Shown piece by piece: positions 54,169 through 64,000 of a DNA stretch of 64,000 nt; within the stretch, counting starts at the first letter, position 1, and each line of letters opens with the position of its first letter. The DNA is from Eledone cirrhosa (Eukaryota). The position numbers and the translations under genes were made by a program. The DNA lies in contig OZ024744.1 of the NCBI GenBank assembly GCA_964016885.1, forward strand, positions 77,314,001-77,378,000. The letters run 5' to 3'. Under the pieces are notes generated by a model that had not been told where the DNA came from, made no database searches, and saw only the letters and a program-made list of their open reading frames with translations.

Positions 54169-54764
54169 CAGTTTGCCTCCGGTATTCGCGGGGGGTTACA
54201 TTCCTAGAGCACCCGCGAATATTGGACGTGGTCCATAAAAATGCCCATAACGTCAAAACACATAATGTAAAATATAGGCCGGCAAACACGGTATATTGTT
54301 ATTAATAATCTAGCGTTAAAAAGCGTGAAAAAATATATATTGCCACGAAAAAATCATTGAAAAAATCGCGGCAGATATTTACGATTCCGCCAATATACGG
54401 TGCTTTCAACGAACAATTATTAGTTAGGTCAGTCATGGGTAACATCTGAATGGCTCGCCTAAGTCACCTAAGTGAACTCTTTCTGATTTTTTTTACCCCA
54501 ACTTTTCAGTCGTAATTTATCTTTCTATCATTTTCACGATCGAGGAAAACAACGTGTAAGAAATTCTGAAGAAACAAATCAAAACAACCTGAGTCACCAC
54601 CCTTTTTTTAATTGGGGCACGAATGTAAATTACCGCTTGCAGCTCGGCTGATGATGAGCCATATCTCATGCGGCCCGCTTCTCGAAAAAGGTTGTCCATG
54701 CCTGAGTTAAGTTCTAAGGAAAATTCCGCGAATAATCGGGACCGCGAATGCCAGGGGTACACTG
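54169..54764. mobile_element. Pogo/Tigger-like MITE carrying a nested hAT MITE
   Basis: TA-cagtttgcctccggtattcgcgg...ccgcgaatgccaggggtacactg-TA. A related uninterrupted body lies at 46350-46632. Confidence 0.75.
54430..54704 (-). mobile_element. hAT MITE (same family as 10317-10608)
   Basis: TIR cagtcatggg/ccatgcctg, with 8-bp TSD agttaggt / agttaagt. Confidence 0.85.
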
Positions 54765-54832
54765 TATATATATATATATATGTTTCACAAACACATACTC
54801 ACACTGAAGTTCAATAGGCCCTTATATATGAT

Positions 54833-55027
54833 ATAATTGTTTCTACTTTTGGCACAAGGCCAGCGATTACTCAGTGTATTACTGGTACTTTATTTTATCG
54901 ACCCCCGTAAGGATGAAAGGCAAAGTTAACCTCGGCGGGATTTGAAATCAGAATGGCAAGGGCCGTAACTCTATGCGTCAGAGCATGGCGTCCGACCCTC
55001 TACCGATACTGCCAATATCCACCGCCC
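54833..55027 (-). mobile_element. Family 1 SINE
   Basis: Full length. Confidence 0.9.
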
Positions 55028-55149
55028 TATATATGATATAATAACATATAAAAAATCTGACCCTTGTAGCAAAGAAACAAGGAAACAACATGTGTTATTG
55101 TTAATTCTTGATAGATGTTGCCATCTTTCATGTGTTATTCTGTTTATGT

Positions 55150-55400
55150 AATGTCACTTTACCCAGGTTCTGCTGCACTTCGGGCCGAGGAGGGTAAACT
55201 CTCCAAATATCGGTCGCTCTCCGAGAGGTTTGCAGTTGATCCCCCTAGCAGTGGAGACTTCTGGTGTCCTTCCTACTTACCACCATCGACACAAAGTTGA
55301 CTACCCGCAGGTGTGAGCCTCGTGAGCTGGAATGGCTCTTCCAGCGAATCTTCCTCACCATCCTCTTGGGAAACGCCTTCTCTGTTCTGTCCGCCGGGGC
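55150..55400 (+). mobile_element. CRE-clade non-LTR 3' fragment
   Basis: AALRAEEGKLSKY...EPRELEWLFQRIFLTILLGNAFSVL. Confidence 0.7.
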
Positions 55401-55647
55401 TGTGGGGAAGCCAGCACTTGAGACCTCATTTGCCCATATCATAATAGTGAGAGATGGGGAGGGCGAGAGAGATGGGGAGGGCGAGAGAGATGGAGACCAT
55501 GACAGTGGGAGTTCGGTTCCTCTGTGTTTGGACCCAGTGTACATGTGTGATGGGGAGGGTGAAAGAAATGGAGGCGATGACAGTGGGAGTTCGGCTGTTC
55601 TGTATTTGGACCTGGTGTATGTGTATGTGTATTTTTGCCATTATTAT

Positions 55648-55836
55648 GCGGTGGATTGGCAGAGTCGGTAGAGGGTCGGACACCATGCTTTGCAACGTAG
55701 AGTTACGGCCTCTTACAATCCGAGTTCAAATCCCGCCGAGGTTAACTTTGCCTTTCATCCTTACGGGATCGATAAAATAAAGTACCAGTAATGTACTGGG
55801 TTATTGCTGGCCTTGTGCCTAAAGTAGAAATAATTA
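55648..55836 (+). mobile_element. Family 1 SINE
   Basis: Full length. Confidence 0.9.
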
Positions 55837-55892
55837 TATTACTTTACTCCTCATAGTTTTCAGACCGAACTTTGCCTTTGCCTGGTTTGGTA

Positions 55893-56466
<574 letters not shown>

Positions 56467-56779
56467 AGTGAGAAAGTTGAGCAAAAATAATAGAAATACC
56501 TATTATAAATGAATAAAAAGGGAAATAGAAAGAATTAAAAAAATGTTAAAATAGAAGCGAGAAAATGGTTGGGTGATATTTGTAGGAAAAGGAAGAAGTG
56601 AGAAATAAAGGGTTTAGATGTGTAAGACTGGTTACTGAAAGAAAGGTCATGACCTGTTCACGTGCGCAACAATTTATAGCAGATGGTCACAGTTACCGCT
56701 CTGACCTTGACTTGTGACGTCAGTCCTGTGGACTGAAGCTGACCAAGTTGACATATGAGAACGAACGAATAAATAAATG

Positions 56780-56814
<35 letters not shown>

Positions 56815-57230
56815 CTAAATAAATAAATAGATAGATAGATAGATAAGACTGTACTAAGGATAAAGGGGAAAGAGAGAGAGAGAGAGGGGGGGGGAGAAAG
56901 AGAAACAGAGAGAGAGAGAGAAAGAGAGGGGGAGGGAGGGAGACGGAGAGAAAGACAGAGATAGTGAAAGAGAGTGAAAAAGAGAAAGAGAGAGAGAAAG
57001 AAAGTCATAGAAAGAAAAAAACAGAGAGGGAGAGAGGTGGGTGTAGGAACAAAGACGAACAAGGCTAGAGAATTAAGTAGCAATAGAGGAAAGGGGAGGT
57101 ATAAGATATAAGAGAGAGAAAGAGAAGATATAGGTTTAGTTAGAATAGAGAGAGAGAGAGAGAGAGAGAAAGAGTAATATAGGACGGACAGAAAAGAAAA
57201 AGAAAAGAACAGAAAAATAGACAAGTAGAT

Positions 57231-57264
<34 letters not shown>

Positions 57265-57416
57265 AGTTAGAAACTCAGAGTAGTCTCTTGTTTATTCAAT
57301 TATATATATATATAAACAAGTATGGTTTGTAAGAGACGTTGCACAGTAGGGAGGGGGGGAGTAGGGGTGACAAACATAACTCACACGTCTGCGCGTAATA
57401 TTTAGATTCATGTGAG

Positions 57417-57470
<54 letters not shown>

Positions 57471-57604
57471 ATATGCAAAAGTTCTATTTAAAATTGTTGG
57501 GATACAAGTAAATATTTTTATAACTGATATAAAGCACTCGACAAGTATTTGGAGTAGATATACGATATTAATAAATGGAAACTATATTTATAAAACCATA
57601 TTTA

Positions 57605-57665
57605 TTTCATTATACATATTTCAGGGATACCAAATTAAATTATGGTATGCCTTCATCAGACAAAA
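57605..57665 (-). ncRNA. Type I hammerhead ribozyme (family E)
   Basis: Reverse complement reads ttttgt-CTGATGA-aggcatacca-loop-tggtatccct-GAAA-tatgta-TA-atgaaa. An inverted partial copy lies at about 57725-57805. Confidence 0.7.
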
Positions 57666-57801
57666 TACAATATATAACAGTTTTACAAATAAGCTTTGAC
57701 GTACCCTATTAAAATGCAACCATTGTTTAATTTGGTATCCCTGAAATATGTATAATGAAATAGATATGGTTTTATAAATATAGTTTCCATTTATTAATAT
57801 C

Positions 57802-57835
<34 letters not shown>

Positions 57836-58093
57836 TCATATGAATCTATCTATCTCTCTCTCTAAATATATATCTATATATATATATATATATATAAGTA
57901 GAAGGGGTATTTAATTTGTTGGAAATCCGACAAATATAAATATAAATGTTTATAACTGATTTAGAGCACTCAACAGTTTCCTGGAGTAAATATTCAATGA
58001 TATCAGTTGGATATTCTCTATCCACCAGAGAATATCCAACTGATAAGGTATGATTTTCCTGGGTATGTCTCTATTTATAAAACAAACATTGTA

Positions 58094-58156
58094 TTTTATC
58101 TGAAGGAAGAAAGCGTACCAAAGTGTTTTGGTACCCTTGAAATATATATAATGAAA
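58094..58156 (+). ncRNA. Family E hammerhead with a small insertion in the core
   Basis: ttttat-CTGAAG(gaag)A-aagcgtaccaaa-gtgt-tttggtaccctt-GAAA-tatata-TA-atgaaa. Confidence 0.55.
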
Positions 58157-58205
58157 TAAATATGGTTTTATAAATATAGTTTCCATTTATTTAATATCAT
58201 TGAAT

Positions 58206-58318
<113 letters not shown>

Positions 58319-58562
58319 GGGGGAGAGGATGACATATTTATATACTTATATAAAAGAATGGAGTGATCAAGCTGAAGCTTCAAACTTACTGCCACTTTTC
58401 TAATGAAAAAAAAAAATAAATAAATAAAATAAAATAAAGTAAAATAAAATAAATTTATAGACTCTACCCGTATTGCGTACTCATTCAGTTAATGTTTGTA
58501 TGTTTTAAATACTACGGTATTTCAAACACATTCTTATATATATATATATATATATAATATAA

Positions 58563-58740
58563 GGGCGGTGGATTGGCAGTATCGGTAGAGGGTCGCACGC
58601 ATAGAGTTACGGCCCTTGCCATTCTGAGTTCAAATCCCGCCGAGGTTAACTTTGCCTTTCATCCTTACGGGGTCGATAAAATAAAGTACCAGTAATGTAC
58701 TGAGTAATTGCTGGCCTTGTGCCAAAAGTAGAAACAATTA
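58563..58740 (+). mobile_element. Family 1 SINE
   Basis: Near full length, inserted in TA. Confidence 0.9.
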
Positions 58741-59466
58741 TATATATATAAGAATATATATATATATTTTAGAGTGTGGAGTTAAACCAGCGACGTGCAA
58801 CATGCGGTCCGTGGGCCACAATCTGGCCCGCCAGACCAGTCAGGAAAGCGGATGGAGGCCGAAAGAGTCCACTGTGGATCCGCAGCGACATTGGTGTGAC
58901 TCGCAGATCCGGAGGCCGAGCCTCAAGGAAACGCCGATGCGCAGAGTATTGTTGTCTAGCTGCGTGCCAGTGGAGAAGGAGGGCAGGGCATGGAGCCAGG
59001 CACCACTGTGGGGTTTGGAGGCCGCACGAAAGCAGGCAAGGCGGTGCTGGTCGAGCTGTCCCGTGAGCCTGTTTGAGGCCAGGCTGCACTGGATGGCATC
59101 CCAAGTGCTTTGGGGGACTTAACGTCAACAAGGGGTGAAGGAGGAGCGACGTCTAGTGGGCTAAGTCCCAGCCGGTCCCACGTCTCACAGCCGGCCTCAC
59201 GTTCTCTGAATAAAGAGGGTTCTATTGTGTTTTGAAGAACCCTGCTGACGAGGACGCGGCACGAGGTTACCAAACCTTTAAATTTGGAAAAATCCAATAA
59301 TTTTTTTTTCATGATACAGGGGGGCGGCCGAAAGCGAAGTATGGTTTCTTCGACGATGCAGGGGGTGGACACTCAAAGCAAAAACATACACATTTCTTTT
59401 TTTTTTTTAGTCTGCTCCCTTCCACCCAAAATTGCCTCGGAAATGTTACCTTTTTAATTAATTTTT

Positions 59467-59517
59467 GCTGTCTGAAGAAATCACTCTACCTATCGTCATG
59501 GAAATATATATAACGGC
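59467..59517 (+). ncRNA. Hammerhead-like motif (family G)
   Basis: gctgt-CTGAAGA-...-GAAA-tatata-TA-acggc, followed by aataaa. Stem II is degenerate. Confidence 0.55.
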
Positions 59518-59660
59518 TCAATTAATAAAGGACGCTAACATCTTCAACTTCGCATTTTCCTCTTTATAAATATACTCCGTCATCCTTGTTTTAAAGAAAT
59601 GGTATGACGTTGGTTGAGTGCTACAGTGAATTGCATCCTTGTATACCGAATATACACACT

Positions 59661-59700
<40 letters not shown>

Positions 59701-59842
59701 ATTCAAGAAATAAGAGTAACATGGTTGGCTGTACAATAAGGGCTTTATTCACAGTGCTGACAATTGTTTCTTTGATCTGGTAGGTCTGGACTATCTCTAA
59801 GTGGATTACCTATAACGATAACTTGTTATCCCGAATATATAT

Positions 59843-60242
59843 ATAACAAAGGAATTGTGGTAAGGAACCAGATGGACCATAACGCACCAGAGTACTCAAT
59901 ACTTAGGGTAGTAGAATGGGAAATAGGAAAAAGTATGACCCCGACGGCAGAGCTCAAGCCGTTTCGACGGCTATTTCTGAGTCCAGAAATAGCTGTCGAA
60001 ACGGCTATATATATATATATATAGGAACGAGTAGGACCCCGACGGCTGAGCTCAAGCCGTTTCGACGACCAATTTCCTGAGTACATATATATATATATAT
60101 ATATATATAACGAAGGAAAAGTGGTAAAGAACCAGGTGGACCATAACGCACCAAAGTACTCAATACTTAGGGTAGTAGAGTGGGTAATAGGAACAAGTAA
60201 GACCCCGACGGCTGAGCTCAAGCCGTTTCGACGGCTAATTCT
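59843..60242 (-). mobile_element. Three family C elements separated by (TA)n
   Basis: Copies at 59843-60006 (with foldback), 60021-60080 and 60107-60242. Confidence 0.8.
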
Positions 60243-62342
60243 CTCTCTCTATATATATATATAGAGAGAGAGAGAATGTCAAGCTGGAAAAAACACGGGA
60301 AATATATTTAAGGGTCTGTTTTTCTTTTTTGATTCGTCAAGGTGACATTATTGAAAAGATAATATTATTGAAAAAATGAGAGGTACAATTCTTTTTTTTT
60401 TTTAAAGGTTTATAATGTATATAAAGTATTATCGGTTTCGATGTATTATCAAAATTCATCTTGTCAAATGTTGAGTATTGAAATAAAAATTAAAAAGAAT
60501 TAATAGGAGTTAAAAACTAAAAATTAAAGATTTAAAATTAAAATCAACTTTGTTCTGTGAAGAAAGACAATTGCTGCTATCTTCACTTACCACCAAATTT
60601 TGAGCAAGAAAGATGGAAGAAAACTTACTCTAACATTTGATTTTAATTTTAAATCCTTAATTTTTAGTTTTTATATCAATACTCAACATTCGTGATGTTT
60701 AATTTGCAGCTTTGATGTTGGACTTGATGCTGGTCTTAAGGTTAATGTTGCAGTTAATTCTAGCTTTGCCTGTCGTTACTATATACATGCCTACAACCCA
60801 AGCCGTTGGTATATTCCACTTATGCATCCATTCCATGTACATTTCATATATACTATTATGAAAAGGATATTCTACACATTCACAATATATATAACATGTT
60901 TGAGTATACACACACGGTCCCCTGTGTCCACCAGTCATGAAATCTGTCTCGTGTGCATGGTTGATGTGCAGGTTCTTACCCAGTCCCTTGGATCGTCAGT
61001 CCCTCTGTATCTTATATAACCCTATGCACCACAGTCTTCAAGTATTTTATGCAACTTTATGCACATCCCAATAATGTCTGGGTGGCGTGAACAGATACCC
61101 CCTCTGCATATTTATCATGTATACACTCTTTTTTCCAGTATTTTATTTTATTTTATTTTATTTTATTTTATTTTATGTATGTACACGCATTTATATATAG
61201 GTGCCACCCATGTTATCTGTGATTAGGGCATGGCTACTACGTAGCTATTACATTTATGCATACTGTGTATGACTTTCAGGCTTATATCGCCACATGAATG
61301 GATTGGGTCCAAGCCTCAAGAATGTTGTCTCATATGATATTTTATACGTCATGTACACAGTTGCGTGTGTGTGTGGATGTGTAGGTATTCATCAAGTATG
61401 TGCTTTTTTAGAGATGTATAAGCATGCCCATGCGCGGGTACATGTATGTATGTGTGTGCATGTACATATGCATACATGCATGTGTATGCATGTCTGGGTG
61501 GATGTAATTGTATGAACATGTCTGTGTAAGTGTATGCATGTATATGTTTTAGATCTTCCATTTTCTCATCTGTATATATGCCCAGCACCTTAACTATATA
61601 CGCTTTCCTGAGTACAGTGTGTGTGTGTAGATATGTGTATATTTATCAAAAATACTTTTGAAATAACTTTTTTGAAAGGCTCTTTAAAGCATTCTTTTAA
61701 AACCGTTCTTTTTATAGGGTTTTATTTGAAATGTGTGTTTTTTAAGGTATTTTGAGGATGTGTTTTCTGAAACGTTCTTTTATATGTTTTTCCATTTTAA
61801 AATAAAATTCCTTCTAAGTATTCGCTGCACATTCAATATTGACTGTGATTGTCCCATATAATACAGTTGCGGGTGTGTATGTGATCGCTGTGGGTATATA
61901 AGTGCCCATATGTATCACGCCTGCGTGAAACATGGACATGGGTGCGGGCACCTACAGTTCAATATACAACCCCTTACCTTCTACAGTAGTAATTCCAATA
62001 TAAGAAACAACTTTGACTGACAGGTGGCAAATGAAAGGAACCAAATATACGACGGCCATGAGTGGCCAAAAATACCGATGACGTGTACAATTCTTGACCA
62101 CTCATCGAAAGACAACAACAGGATTTAAGCTGCCGAGTGAAGGCAGCGAGTGTAAACGGACATTTGGAAACTCTGCTTCGTAGAATCGAGACGTATCTGA
62201 GGACCTTGCGATTTCAGAGTCAGGTTGGATCATTGCATCGATCGTGCTTCGAGCTGGTCGCCAGAGAAACGATTGTAATATGTCTAATAAATCTTATTCG
62301 TCGCACCACTGATTCTCCATTTCTTATGTGATATATATATAT

Positions 62343-62538
62343 AGGAACGAGTAGGACCCCGACGGCTGAGCTCAAGCCGTTTCGACGGCTAATTCTGGAC
62401 CAGAATTAGCCGTCGAAACGGCTTGAGCTCAGCCGTCGGGGTCCTACTCGTTCTTATTACCCACTCTACTACCCTAAGTATTGAGTACTTTGGTGCGTTA
62501 TGGTCCATCTGGTTCCTTACCACATTTCCTTCGTTATA
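62343..62538 (+). mobile_element. Family C element with a perfect 54-bp foldback
   Basis: 62345-62398 is the reverse complement of 62400-62453. TA tracts flank both sides. Confidence 0.85.
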
Positions 62539-62734
62539 TTATATATATATATATATGTTTGTGTATATATGTATATATATACATAGTAAGTCTCCAATTT
62601 AAGTTACGTTCCAAGAGGCCATTTGTTAGTTAGTTGATTTGTCCATAAGTTGATCGTCTAACACTGTAGGTACCAGTAAGCCCATATATGTTACATTGAT
62701 ACTGCACAGTTCCATATGAGTGATATATATCTAG

Positions 62735-62878
62735 AGAGGTATATATGACATGTAATATAGAGGTATATATGACATATAATATAGAGGTGTATATAACATA
62801 TAATATAGTGGTTTATATAACATATAATATAGTGGTTTATATACAGTATATAGAAGAGGTATATATAACATGTAATAG
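62735..62878. repeat. 24-bp tandem repeat, about 6 units
   Basis: Unit agaggtatatatgacatataatat. Confidence 0.85.
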
Positions 62879-63047
62879 TTGTTTCTACTTTTGGCACAGT
62901 ACATTACTGGTACTTTATTTTATCGACCCCTAAGGATGAAGCAAAGTGAACCTCGGCGGGATTCAAACTCAGACTATAAAGGGCCGTAACTCTAGGCTGC
63001 AAAGCATGGCGTCTGACCTTCTACCGATACTGCCAATTCCCCGCCCT
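62875..63047 (-). mobile_element. Family 1 SINE
   Basis: A box, B box and core present. Confidence 0.85.
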
Positions 63048-63314
63048 TCAATACTGTAAAGCTAATGACAATAAATTGGTAAAGAAAAAAAGTACTTTTT
63101 TCAATTCTGTGAAAGCAGAATGGTACTCCATACCAAAAATACGATTTCGGCTTGTTTTTATGCTGCAAAAGCAGGAACCCAGGGCCCGAAAGAGCCTACA
63201 AAAACGCAAATTTCAAACACAGACAATTTCTTTCTTTTTTTTTTTCTTTTTTCAATGACACTGTTCGTATTTGCGGAAGTTCGTAAGCAGGATGTTCGTA
63301 AGGTGGGAAACATA

Positions 63315-63384
<70 letters not shown>

Positions 63385-63389
<5 letters not shown>

Positions 63390-63579
63390 TAACAGATTAA
63401 AGTTTAAGCAAAGAATCGCTGAGTTTCAGAAGATCCCGTTAAGGGTGAAAGCACCGATTCTTTGCTTAATCTTTAATCTGTTATTTTAATAAATATTTGC
63501 TCTACGGTTCTTATATATTTGATATATATTTATCCTTATCGAGCCCTCTTTGGATTTTAGTCTTCAAATTTATTATTAT

Positions 63580-63582
<3 letters not shown>
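63385..63582 (+). mobile_element. Family F element with foldback, in (TA)n
   Basis: Arms ttaaaataacagattaaag...gaatcg / cgattctttgc...gttattttaa around cagaagatcccgttaagggtgaaa. Confidence 0.75.
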
Positions 63583-63629
<47 letters not shown>

Positions 63630-63874
63630 TTGATCTGTTATCGGAAGTTGTGTTTTGTTGTTCTTATTGTTGTTCTTGTGCACAAATAAATACATCTGTC
63701 AGGCTGATAGACAGATTGAGATAGGTATATAGGTAGATAGATAGACAGCTAAGGATAACAGTAGTTGACTACTTGTCAACACCGCGAGAGAAAGAAAGCA
63801 GGTAGGGAGGAAGATATCAAATAACTATTTTCTGTCAAAGGTTGCACAAAGTGGCTGTCATATGACCCTTGTAC

Positions 63875-63928
<54 letters not shown>

Positions 63929-64000
63929 ATAGAAAAAACGAGGAAGTTTCGTTTACAAATAAAATATATTTATTGCGTATCGACCTGTTACGTACGTTTC

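Noticed and set aside
53618-54238. 206-aa ORF as a gene
   Set aside because: It is a chance fusion of a CRE fragment, a C-run, a GA module and two MITEs.

Overview
AT-rich, gene-poor eukaryotic DNA, most likely an octopus or other cephalopod genome (inferred from the SINE families and the very high microsatellite load). I find no supportable host gene, and nearly all long ORFs in the track are microsatellite read-through. The window contains decayed transposons: a Penelope-like element (RT + GIY-YIG), a CR1-group LINE, Tx1/L1, RTE, R4/Dong and CRE fragments, mariner and Chapaev-like remnants, hAT and Tc1/pogo MITEs, Helitron ends, more than 20 tRNA-derived SINE copies, and mini- and microsatellites. 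The most notable signal is a dense set of short, mutually unrelated non-coding elements, mostly sitting in (TA)n tracts. They share one layout: a minimal type I hammerhead ribozyme (CUGANGA...GAAA...UH), an AATAAA-like signal, and, in most families, a YRCTC...YYGAGYR hairpin about 30-75 nt from the 3' end. Their 5' ends often fold back into an inverted repeat at or inside the ribozyme. One family forms a 314-nt tandem, retrozyme-like unit. Hammerheads in Penelope-like elements and retrozymes are established knowledge. The shared 3' hairpin with compensatory changes, the ribozyme-centred foldbacks and a chimeric ribozyme are my own by-eye observations and are untested. Coordinates of degraded elements are approximate.
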